Shown: positions 17,417-25,150, counted from the first letter of the stretch. The stretch: 32,000 nt of DNA from Desulfocapsa sulfexigens DSM 10523 (GCF_000341395.1 NC_020304.1:3600001-3632000); one strand, 5' to 3'. The notes: generated by a model from the letters alone, not told the origin. Numbers and translations: made by a program.

Positions 17417-18660
17417 CACCAATCCTGTTGTGATTTGCTGCCTACAATAATTTTTATGGGATTAAAACGCTGTGCTTCTACCTGTGGATAGTTAAAGCGC
17501 TGCACGGCAATTTCTTTTATTTCTACGTCCAAACCGAGTGTATATAAAATTTCAGGGGCAAGAGCTGCGGTTTTGGCAATAACTGCATTTACCACAACAA
17601 TCCCTCCCGGTAAAAGCTGCCCCACACAGTATTCCAGAATAGACTGTAAATTTCCACCACTCCCGCCGATAAACACCCGATCAGGTGACGGCAGGTTTTT
17701 TAAAGAACCCGGCGCATCTCCCTTGATCAGCCTCATGTTCAACACCCTGAATTTTTTTATATTGTCCTCTATGTTTTTCCACTGTTCCTCTTCTCTTTCA
17801 ATGGAAAAAACATCCACCTCAGGGAAAAGACGTGCAACTTCAAGGCCTACAGAACCCGATCCAGCACCCACATCCCACAGGACACCATCCCGAGGCAGGC
17901 GCAAAGCATGAATGACGGCAGCCCTGACTTCATTCTTTGTGAGCAGCCCCCTGCTGTGACTGATCTCTTTTTCCTGCAGGCCAAACAGCGGAAGTATTTT
18001 CTTCTGGTTAGGTACTTCAGAATTCTGTAAAATCATGACATTGGGCTCAACAAAAGTCTTCGCAGCTATTTCAGACAACTCTCCACTATGCAGGTGTTCT
18101 GACTGGAGTCCAAGGTTCTCTCCAACATGACAGTAAACAGTGTCCGTTATCTCCCTGTCGTATTGGCGAAGGAGCTTTTCGGCGATCACATTGGGGCTGT
18201 TCACAGAATCTGTCAACAGTAAGACTTTTTCATAGTTCAATAATCGGGAGCCAAGCTGTTCACTGCTGCGTCCGTGAAAACTGACAAATTTTGCATCATC
18301 CCAGGGAATACCGAATCTGGCAAACGCCAGTTGCATCGAAGATACTGCGGGGTAAATTTCTATTGAGTATTGAGGAAAACTTTCGAGTATCCTCCGTCCT
18401 ATCCCAAAAAACAGCGGATCCCCGGAAGCAAGAACCACCACATCCCCTTCACTGAGACAGTCTTTCATGGAAGCTATACAATCAGCCAGGGGAATCACTG
18501 GGATCAGCTGAGGAAGTGGATGGTTCTGCAGCTGTTTGTTTATCATGTCATATAACCGTCTACCAGACACCACGGCAACGGATTTTTTAAGGACTGATAC
18601 CATCAGGGAGTCATCACGGCTGGAACCATCCATACCAAAAACATGAATCACAGAACCCAT
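17416..18660 (-). CDS. cbiET: Bifunctional cobalt-precorrin-7 C5-methyltransferase / cobalt-precorrin-6B C15-methyltransferase (decarboxylating), CbiE-CbiT fusion (CobL-like)
   Basis: 414 aa. The N-terminal half is a tetrapyrrole-methylase fold (VVLASGDPLFFGIG). The C-terminal half is a class-I SAM methyltransferase (VLWDVGAGSGSVGLEVA). Confidence 0.88.
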   Translation of the reverse strand: MGSVIHVFGMDGSSRDDSLMVSVLKKSVAVVSGRRLYDMINKQLQNHPLPQLIPVIPLADCIASMKDCLSEGDVVVLASGDPLFFGIGRRILESFPQYSIEIYPAVSSMQLAFARFGIPWDDAKFVSFHGRSSEQLGSRLLNYEKVLLLTDSVNSPNVIAEKLLRQYDREITDTVYCHVGENLGLQSEHLHSGELSEIAAKTFVEPNVMILQNSEVPNQKKILPLFGLQEKEISHSRGLLTKNEVRAAVIHALRLPRDGVLWDVGAGSGSVGLEVARLFPEVDVFSIEREEEQWKNIEDNIKKFRVLNMRLIKGDAPGSLKNLPSPDRVFIGGSGGNLQSILEYCVGQLLPGGIVVVNAVIAKTAALAPEILYTLGLDVEIKEIAVQRFNYPQVEAQRFNPIKIIVGSKSQQDW

Positions 18661-18662
18661 TG

Positions 18663-19766
18663 TCAGGATTTCTCCCCTGTTTTCACTACAACTGAGCTCG
18701 TGGCATCGACAAGATACACAATGACCTCTAGCCCTGAAACCTTCTCTGCATAATGTCGAGCGGCTTCACAAACCTGGAGAACAACCTGCTGTTCTCCACG
18801 ATCAAGCAACCTCCCATAGATTTCACGAGCCGTATTAGATCCTTCAAGGGCTGCGATCAACTGAGAGCTGCAGCCAAGACCTTTTAAAAATTCCAGAGCG
18901 GTCTCAACTTCAAGGGCACCATTGCGGACATGGGTTTGTGGAATCTCCATCCCTGCCTTCATCACCTTGGCCCACATTGCCGCGAGGTGAATTGTCCTGA
19001 AGCTATGTTTTGCTGCTTCAAGTAACGAGAAGTGAAGATAATCACCCATCATGATCTGGGCTTCTTCGGGCAGCCCCAACATCTCCTGAACTGCACGCTC
19101 GGAGGTTCTGCCTGTGGCAAGAATAATTTCACTGAGATCTGCTTCTTTCGCCACATCCATTGAGGTTGCAATGGTTGCAGTCCAGGCATCGGCTGACACA
19201 GGACGAACAATACCCGTTGTCCCAAGGACCGAGAGTCCACCAACAATCCCCAATCGATGGTTAAGCGTTTTTCTGGCAAGTTCCTCACCATCTGGAATGG
19301 AAATCGTGATATTGAGACAACAGTCCATTGCCTTGCCAGTTTCTGCCAGGGCCTCGGTCACTGCGTCCCGAATCATTTTTTGGGGAACAGGATTAATTGC
19401 CGGATTCCCGACCGCAACGGCAAGCCCTCTTTTAGTGACTCTACCGACACCGACTCCACCATGAAGAATCAGAGTCTCATCGTTTTCAGAGTTTTTTGCC
19501 CCATACTGCACAGAGGCGTCAATCCTGGCACCATTGGTAACATCAGGGTCATCCCCGGCATCCTTAATAACAGATGCAGAGGCAATCTGTTTACCGGAAT
19601 CAGCATGGCCTGAGAGAACAATACTGAACTTCACCCTTGAACCATCTGGAAAAGGTATCTCCACATTTTCCTGCAACACACCGGTAAAAAGCAGTAAAGC
19701 AGCCGCCTTTGAGGCAGCTGCAGCACAGGCACCAGTAGTGTATCCCGATCGTAATTTTTTCTTCAT
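18663..19766 (-). CDS. cbiD: Cobalt-precorrin-5B C1-methyltransferase
   Basis: LRSGYTTGACAAAASKAA is the N-terminal hallmark of CbiD, and GVGRVTKRGL and GNPAINPVP are also present. I prefer the ATG at 19766 (MKKKLRSGYTTG). The track's TTG at 19829 would read through a strong hairpin. Confidence 0.9.
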   Translation of the reverse strand: MKKKLRSGYTTGACAAAASKAAALLLFTGVLQENVEIPFPDGSRVKFSIVLSGHADSGKQIASASVIKDAGDDPDVTNGARIDASVQYGAKNSENDETLILHGGVGVGRVTKRGLAVAVGNPAINPVPQKMIRDAVTEALAETGKAMDCCLNITISIPDGEELARKTLNHRLGIVGGLSVLGTTGIVRPVSADAWTATIATSMDVAKEADLSEIILATGRTSERAVQEMLGLPEEAQIMMGDYLHFSLLEAAKHSFRTIHLAAMWAKVMKAGMEIPQTHVRNGALEVETALEFLKGLGCSSQLIAALEGSNTAREIYGRLLDRGEQQVVLQVCEAARHYAEKVSGLEVIVYLVDATSSVVVKTGEKS

Positions 19767-19804
19767 AAAAACAAAAAAAGGCCGTTCTGCCAAACAGAAC
19801 AACC
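19767..19804 (-). terminator. Rho-independent-terminator-like hairpin with a U-tract that ends at the cbiD ATG
   Basis: The minus-strand RNA reads GGUUGUUCUG-uuugg-CAGAACGGCC, a 10 bp stem including 2 G-U pairs (C-A mismatches on the other strand). It is followed by UUUUUUUGUUUUU and then AUG. It lies about 95 nt downstream of the rnhA stop. Confidence 0.55.
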
Positions 19805-19900
19805 TTCCATGTGAAAAGCAGTTTAACAAAGCTATGGAAAGGCCAATTCTTAAGTCACCAACAACTCAAAAAACAGGCCATTGGATAGCACGATTACCCA

Positions 19901-20812
19901 TCAATTGCAAACAGCAATATCGTCAGAAAATGGTTGCTGATACTCAATAGCCAGTTCTTTTGCTTCCTGACTGTGACAGGGCGGCATCTCCTTATCTATC
20001 ACATGTAGAATGACGCTATACTCCTGCAGCTGCAGATTCAACTCCTGCCACTCTTCTTTGTTACTCACAACCTTCCCTTCACGAGTTTTCCAGCCATTTC
20101 GCTCCCATCCGCTGAGCCAGTTGCCTGCACCGTCCTTTAAATACCCTGAACTGGTATAAAGGTGCACTGGCAGACGTCTTTTAAGGGTACGAAGAGCGTC
20201 ACAGGCCGATTGTATATGGATACGATTAGCAGAAGAGTTTTTCACCACCCCACCAATAATTTTAAAATGTTTCCGGTATCTGAAAACAGCTGCCCATGAC
20301 CCAATCTGCAGCTTCTGTTTCCAGGTAATACCCATAAAAATATGAATAGCTGTTTCATCACTCAGGGGAAGGACTGCACGGCCTCTTGCCGCAACGGCAA
20401 GAGCATCGGCACGTTCATTATTAGGATCATTATCATGCCCCTTTACCCAGAGCCACTTCACCTCATGGCGTTTTATCTCATTATCGAGAGCCTCCCAGAG
20501 ATCCCGATTTTTCACAGCCTCTTTTTCAGCGGTGAGCCAGTTGTTGCTGCGCCAGTTACCAATCCACTTAGTGATACCATTCTTCACATATTTGGAATCG
20601 GTAAACAACTCTACTGCATGTGGACAAGGGAGTGCCTGCAAGGCCTTGAGCGCGGCCAGCAGCTCCATGCGGTTATTCGTGGTTACATCTACTTTTCCTG
20701 ACAGCTCCCTCTTTTTTCCATTTTCAGGCAGGATAACAACTCCCCAGCCACCAGGACCGGGATTGGGACTACAGGAACCATCTGTATAAATTGTAACTAA
20801 TGGTAGAGCCAT
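19901..20812 (-). CDS. rnhA: Ribonuclease HI with a C-terminal second, degenerate RNase H-like domain
   Basis: 303 aa. Domain 1 (about 20363..20812) carries IYTDGSC, NNRMELLAA, LFTDSKYV and KGHDNDPNNERADALA, so all catalytic residues are present. Domain 2 (about 19904..20362) aligns to domain 1 (GSWAAV/GGWGVV, ANRIHI/NNRMEL, HLYTSSGYLKDGAGNWLSGWERNGWKT/ELFTDSKYVKNGITKWIGNWRSNNWLT). Its acidic catalytic residues are substituted. Confidence 0.88.
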   Translation of the reverse strand: MALPLVTIYTDGSCSPNPGPGGWGVVILPENGKKRELSGKVDVTTNNRMELLAALKALQALPCPHAVELFTDSKYVKNGITKWIGNWRSNNWLTAEKEAVKNRDLWEALDNEIKRHEVKWLWVKGHDNDPNNERADALAVAARGRAVLPLSDETAIHIFMGITWKQKLQIGSWAAVFRYRKHFKIIGGVVKNSSANRIHIQSACDALRTLKRRLPVHLYTSSGYLKDGAGNWLSGWERNGWKTREGKVVSNKEEWQELNLQLQEYSVILHVIDKEMPPCHSQEAKELAIEYQQPFSDDIAVCN

Positions 20813-20958
20813 GCGATAGTATTCTCTTTTGAATTCTGGAACGAATAATTGGTAATATCAACGTTGCATATTGTACCTATTTCCTGCTCATTAGAACAGG
20901 TAATTGTTGGATAGTGGACCTTCTCCTTGATGACAAAACGCAGGGCGTGTAAAAGGAA

Positions 20959-21759
20959 GTGATGAACGACACCTTTACAGACCATAAAGAACCGGATGAG
21001 ATTTTTCTTCCACTGAGCGCCTTGAGGTATGCTGAATTCTACTCCATGGAGATGGACAGTTTTACAGAAGATATTCAATTTTACAAAACTCACTGCAGGG
21101 ATGCTTCTTCCATCCTTGAGCTTGGCTGCGGAACTGGCAGGATCAGCAGGGCTCTTGTAAAACCAGGCTGCAGAGTCACCGGAATTGATCTCTCCCTCGA
21201 CATGCTCAAACAGGCCAGGGAACACTCACTGGACCCTCCGTCATATATCTGTATGGATATGTCTGCAATGGTATTCAGAGACAATTTTGATCATATTCTT
21301 ATTCCCTACAACACACTCAATCTCCTAAAAGATATATCCCTTATTACAAAATGTTTGCAACAGACTCACCATCATCTCAAGTCCAGTGGATCTCTGCTGC
21401 TCCAACTCCATATTCCCGACGGAGAGATAATCAAACTGGATGGACAAAAACGATTTCAATTTCAGATGCTCCCTCTTAAGCATCGCCCCGGGAAACTTAT
21501 CAAAGAAACCCTTCGCAGTTACAACAGTGCCACTCAGGAACTCCGTTTGGAAGAACGTTACCGTGTCAGGCCAACCAACGACACTGCAAGGGAGGACTAC
21601 AGCCACACCTTCCACCTCGCAGGCTTTTCTGTCTCACAATGGCTGACCATTCTCAGGCAATGCGGTTTCCAGAGTTGTGCCCTTTTTGGTGATTTCAAAT
21701 CACGGCCATTCAACAGTGACAATGACTCTACTCTCCTGATTCAAGCATTTCCCTCCTAA
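20959..21759 (+). CDS. Class I SAM-dependent methyltransferase, substrate unknown
   Basis: 266 aa with motif I ILELGCGTGRISRAL and an acidic post-I residue (VTGIDLS). The start is the GTG at 20959 or the ATG at 20962. Confidence 0.8.
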   Translation: MMNDTFTDHKEPDEIFLPLSALRYAEFYSMEMDSFTEDIQFYKTHCRDASSILELGCGTGRISRALVKPGCRVTGIDLSLDMLKQAREHSLDPPSYICMDMSAMVFRDNFDHILIPYNTLNLLKDISLITKCLQQTHHHLKSSGSLLLQLHIPDGEIIKLDGQKRFQFQMLPLKHRPGKLIKETLRSYNSATQELRLEERYRVRPTNDTAREDYSHTFHLAGFSVSQWLTILRQCGFQSCALFGDFKSRPFNSDNDSTLLIQAFPS

Positions 21760-21792
21760 TAAAAAACAAAAAAGACAAGAAAAGTCTTACTT

Positions 21793-21835
21793 CTTGATCT
21801 ATGTCAAGGTCTCCTCTATTCCTAAGGGGTATACT
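21793..21835 (+). promoter_or_regulatory. CRP/FNR-family box (CTTGA-N6-TCAAG) with a TATACT -10 hexamer at class-II spacing; candidate HcpR/FNR-type activated hcp promoter
   Basis: The palindrome is at 21793..21808 (TTGATctatGTCAA core), centred at 21800.5. TATACT is at 21830..21835. If the transcription start is near 21842, the box centre is at -41.5 and the hexamer at -12..-7. Confidence 0.55.
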
Positions 21836-21948
21836 CTCTCCATACGATTCAGAAACGACATGAGAATAGTTAACGCTCATCTCTTTCTGCTACAAACCTA
21901 CAAGAAGTTTTGATTGTCAAATAAGAAAAATAAATCGGAGGATTTACC

Positions 21949-23586
21949 ATGTATTGTAATCAATGCGAACAAACCGCCAAAGGCGTAGCATGCACCACTA
22001 TCGGTATTTGCGGAAAGACCGAAGGTGTTGCCGGACTTGAAGATCTCCTCACCCATGCTGTCCAGGGACTTTGTATCGTCGCCGATGCAGGCCGCAAAGT
22101 TAATGTCATTGATAACGCAATTGATATCTTTGTCTGTGAGTCTATCTTTTCCTGCCTCACCAACGTTGATTTTGACCCTGCTCGTTTTGAAGACCTTATT
22201 TACAAAACAGTACAGCTTCGCGATGAGTTAAGAACAAAAGTAGAAGCTGCTGGTGGTGTTATTGATTCTACAGCTGCCGCTCTGACCTTCACTCCTGCTG
22301 ATACGCTCGCCGGTCTCGAAGAACAGGGTGCTGCTCTGAACTTCATCAATACTCTCGATGCCAATGAAGATCTTCAATCACTGAAACAGATCACAATGTA
22401 TGGACTCCGTGGACTTGCCGCTTATGCTGAACACGCTGCAATACTCGGTCAGGAAGATGACGAGGTGTATGCTTTTATTCATCACGCTATGGCAGTCCTT
22501 ACCACTGAAATGGAACTTGGTGACCTCGTAGCACTTGCCCTGAAAACCGGTGAAGTGAATATTAAAGCCATGGAACTCCTCGATGCTGGAAACACCGGAA
22601 ACTACGGCCACCCAGTACCGACAGAAGTTCCTCTTGGCCATAGACCCAATAAATGTATTCTTGTTACCGGCCATGATCTGAGAGATATCGCCATGCTTCT
22701 TGAGCAAACCAAGGGGAAGGGAATTGACATCTACACCCACGGCGAGATGCTTCCTACTCATGGATATCCTGAGTTGAAGAAATATGACCATTTTTATGGG
22801 CATTTTGGCACTGCATGGCAAAATCAGCAAAAAGAGATGCCAAACTTTCCAGGCGCTATCCTCTTCACGACCAACTGCATCCAGAAGCCTAAGGATTCAT
22901 ACAAAGACAACGTCTTCACCACCGGTCTTGTCGGCTGGCCCGATGTGAAACACGTTGCCGGCAGTGGCGAAAAAGACTTCTCCGCAGTCATCGAGAAAGC
23001 TCTGGCTCTACCGGGATTTACCGATACCGTGGACAACGGCACTGTCATGGTCGGTTTTGCCAGAAACACCGTTCTCGGTGTTGCAGACAAGGTAATCGAT
23101 GCGGTAAAGTCCAAAGCAATTCGTCATTTCTTCCTTGTTGGCGGCTGTGATGGTGCCAAGCCCGGTCGGAATTATTTCACCGAAATGGCAGAACAGATTC
23201 CCCAGGATTGCATGATTCTGACTCTTGCCTGCGGCAAGTTCCGTTTCTTTGACAAAAAACTTGGAGACATCGGTGGAATTCCCCGTCTCCTGGATGTTGG
23301 ACAGTGCAACGACGCATACTCTGCAATTCAGATTGCAGTAGCCCTTGCTGGAGCATTTGAGTGTGGGGTCAATGACCTGCCTCTCTCCTTTGTTCTCTCC
23401 TGGTATGAGCAGAAGGCTGTGGTTATTCTTCTCTCCCTGTTCAGCCTGGGAATTAAGGATATCCGTCTTGGACCCTCCCTTCCAGCATTCGTTACTCCAA
23501 ATGTTCTGAATGTCCTGGTTGAAAACTTCAACGTTATGCCGATTGGTGAAACTGCTGCAGACGATTTAAAAGCAATCCTCGGATAA
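21949..23586 (+). CDS. hcp: Hybrid-cluster protein / hydroxylamine reductase, class I
   Basis: 545 aa. The N-terminus MYCNQCEQTAKGVACTTIGICGK carries CX2CX8CX5C. Also present are HGEMLP, FGTAWQNQ, FTTNCI, LVGGCDG, LACGKFRF and GQCNDAYSAI. A GGAGG Shine-Dalgarno is present. Confidence 0.95.
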   Translation: MYCNQCEQTAKGVACTTIGICGKTEGVAGLEDLLTHAVQGLCIVADAGRKVNVIDNAIDIFVCESIFSCLTNVDFDPARFEDLIYKTVQLRDELRTKVEAAGGVIDSTAAALTFTPADTLAGLEEQGAALNFINTLDANEDLQSLKQITMYGLRGLAAYAEHAAILGQEDDEVYAFIHHAMAVLTTEMELGDLVALALKTGEVNIKAMELLDAGNTGNYGHPVPTEVPLGHRPNKCILVTGHDLRDIAMLLEQTKGKGIDIYTHGEMLPTHGYPELKKYDHFYGHFGTAWQNQQKEMPNFPGAILFTTNCIQKPKDSYKDNVFTTGLVGWPDVKHVAGSGEKDFSAVIEKALALPGFTDTVDNGTVMVGFARNTVLGVADKVIDAVKSKAIRHFFLVGGCDGAKPGRNYFTEMAEQIPQDCMILTLACGKFRFFDKKLGDIGGIPRLLDVGQCNDAYSAIQIAVALAGAFECGVNDLPLSFVLSWYEQKAVVILLSLFSLGIKDIRLGPSLPAFVTPNVLNVLVENFNVMPIGETAADDLKAILG

Positions 23587-23603
23587 GTTACAGAGCATCA
23601 CCT

Positions 23604-23634
23604 CTTCAGGAAGTTTTACTTCAACTTCCTGAAG
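23604..23634 (+). other. Perfect 12-bp stem / 7-nt loop hairpin just after the hcp stop
   Basis: cttcaggaagtt-ttacttc-aacttcctgaag. No U-tract follows. It could be an mRNA-stabilising or processing structure. Confidence 0.5.
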
Positions 23635-23660
23635 AATAGTTGTACGTTTTCCTCACCCTG

Positions 23661-23698
23661 GCAGGGTATGTTGAGAGCTCCTCATGCCCTGCTTTTTT
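23661..23698 (+). terminator. Rho-independent terminator between hcp and the downstream gene
   Basis: gcagggtatg-(12-nt loop)-catgccctgc, 10 bp with one G-U pair, followed by ttttttgatattttttt. Confidence 0.65.
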
Positions 23699-23720
23699 GA
23701 TATTTTTTTGTTAGTTGGTC

Positions 23721-24392
23721 ATGAACAGCAAACCTCACCAAAAAAATTTCAGTGTCATTTCCGGTCTTGATATGGGTCTTTTCGCTCCTGAAGATCTTGA
23801 GACCATTCTACATATCATTAATAAATATAAGGTGCCTGCGACCAAAATAACTTCTGCCCAACGCCTTGCCCTGCTTGGCATGGATAAGGATAAGATGGCC
23901 AGTCTCCAGGAAGAGTTAAAAAATTATATCGGCACCACACCGGAAAACGGGGTAACCTATGTTCAATCATGCCCAGGACTGGAATGGTGCAAGTATGGAA
24001 TCCGCGACTCACTTTCCCTTGGCAAGGAACTGAAGAACCTTTCCATGAAAACCCCTTTCAAGGCTAAGGTAAAAGTAGGTGTTGCCGGCTGTCGTATGTG
24101 CTGCACTGAACCCTACGTACGTGATCTTGGAATTTTCGCTTCGAAAAAGGGCTGGACCCTGGTCTTTGGCGGTAATGGCGGTAACAACGCACGTATTGCA
24201 GATATTGTGGCCGAAGGTTTAAATGATGAAGAAGTTCTTGCTCTCGCAAAAAAATGCCTTACGGTATACCAGGAAGAAGCCAATCCCCGTTCACGTACTG
24301 CACGATTTATGGAACGTTTTGGCATAGAGGCCTTCAGAAAAAGAGTGCTGGAAAAAGAGGAGCAGAAAGATGCAATGCCCGGGCCAAGATAA
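23721..24392 (+). CDS. Small (~223 aa) siroheme/[4Fe-4S] nitrite/sulfite-reductase-like protein (low-molecular-weight alSiR/NirB-C-terminal type)
   Basis: It carries the Cys-X5-Cys...Cys-X3-Cys cluster/siroheme motif (SCPGLEWCKYG ... GCRMCCTEP). GWTLVFGGNGG resembles NirB GWNLYVCGNGG. The track start at 23715 is a TTG, and an ATG lies at 23721. No obvious Shine-Dalgarno is present. Confidence 0.75.
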   Translation: MNSKPHQKNFSVISGLDMGLFAPEDLETILHIINKYKVPATKITSAQRLALLGMDKDKMASLQEELKNYIGTTPENGVTYVQSCPGLEWCKYGIRDSLSLGKELKNLSMKTPFKAKVKVGVAGCRMCCTEPYVRDLGIFASKKGWTLVFGGNGGNNARIADIVAEGLNDEEVLALAKKCLTVYQEEANPRSRTARFMERFGIEAFRKRVLEKEEQKDAMPGPR

Positions 24393-24996
24393 TAGATATT
24401 GGGATGGAGAAGCCGTCTTTGAAACCCCTTGCCCTCACTGTGGCAACATACTTGAATTCTTTAAAGATGACTCCCAACGCAGTTGCAGACAGTGTGGCAA
24501 CCGTGTCTTAAATCCTCGTATTGACTTTGGCTGCGCTGCATATTGTTCCCATGCCGAACAATGCCTGGGTTCCATGCCTCCTGAACTGCTCGCCAGACAA
24601 AAAAACCTTTTCAAAGACAAACTTTCCATCGCTGTCCGCAAAAACCTTCTCGGCAGGGAAGACCTCTATAAAAAGGCATGCACCCGTACCGAAATTGCTG
24701 AACAGCTCTGTAAAGAGGAACAGCGTGGAGACATGGCAGCAATCATTGCCGCTACGCTTCTGTTTGACGTCGACACTCCCGCACTGCTGCTCGAAGAGCT
24801 CAAGGCAGATAGTGCAATGATTGAAGCTGTTACCACTCTCCTTAGCCACAAGCTAACAGCCACAAATACAGAACAGGCCTCCTCGGATATTTTTCACGAT
24901 GCCTGCCTCCTGGCAGATCTTATAACAGATCCGGACACCAACCCAAAGCCATCGTTCACAACCCGGAGTGGTGAAAAAGTATTTCTCAGCCAATAA
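24370..24996 (+). CDS. Cys-rich zinc-ribbon protein with a C-terminal helical domain (possibly a degenerate HD domain); function unknown
   Basis: 208 aa. The N-terminus is MQCPGQDNRYW...CPHCGNILEFFKDDSQRSCRQCGNRVLNPRIDFGCAAYCSHAEQCLG, with two CxxC pairs plus extra Cys. A GAGGAG Shine-Dalgarno lies 7 nt upstream. The ORF overlaps the upstream gene by 23 nt. Confidence 0.75.
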   Translation: MQCPGQDNRYWDGEAVFETPCPHCGNILEFFKDDSQRSCRQCGNRVLNPRIDFGCAAYCSHAEQCLGSMPPELLARQKNLFKDKLSIAVRKNLLGREDLYKKACTRTEIAEQLCKEEQRGDMAAIIAATLLFDVDTPALLLEELKADSAMIEAVTTLLSHKLTATNTEQASSDIFHDACLLADLITDPDTNPKPSFTTRSGEKVFLSQ

Positions 24997-25113
24997 CCCC
25001 TGTTGTTTCCCGACTGCGACACCTCTATTTCAACCAAAGCTCGTCCAGTAACTCTCATCAATCAGGAGGCAACAAGAAAACTGCTTTTTTCCTGAATTTA
25101 TTTTTTTTCCCTG

Positions 25114-25122
25114 TGATACAAT
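25114..25122 (+). promoter_or_regulatory. Possible extended -10 promoter (TGaTACAAT) for the SBP gene
   Basis: Read directly from the sequence, about 30 nt upstream of the ATG at 25151. No good -35 element is present. Confidence 0.3.
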
Positions 25123-25150
25123 ATAGAAATATTATTCGAGGGAGAAGAAT

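Noticed and set aside
19534-19950. 138-aa plus-strand ORF antisense to the cbiD N-terminus and the rnhA-cbiD spacer
   Set aside because: It is antisense to a strongly supported gene. Its Ala/Ser-rich product is typical of antisense translation. No start context is present.
19805-19990. Cobalamin riboswitch upstream of cbiD
   Set aside because: I looked for the B12 box and conserved GGGAA/GGUG core elements on the minus strand and found none by eye. Space is limited by the rnhA coding region. This needs an Infernal scan to be definitive.
20838-20860. TGGAACGAATAATTGG as a sigma-54 promoter in the rnhA/MTase intergenic region
   Set aside because: The -12 element is TTGG rather than TTGC, and the GG-to-G spacing is off by one relative to the consensus.
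20797-21225. 142-aa minus-strand ORF spanning the rnhA/MTase intergenic region
   Set aside because: It overlaps the 5' part of the well-supported SAM-methyltransferase gene on the opposite strand and has no recognisable domain. I treat it as a shadow ORF.
21910-21920. TTGA-N3-TCAA element in the hcp leader as a second CRP/FNR site
   Set aside because: The spacing is wrong for CRP/FNR-family dimers, which need N6 between TTGA and TCAA. It lies about 30 nt from the ATG. I kept it only as a note under the promoter finding.
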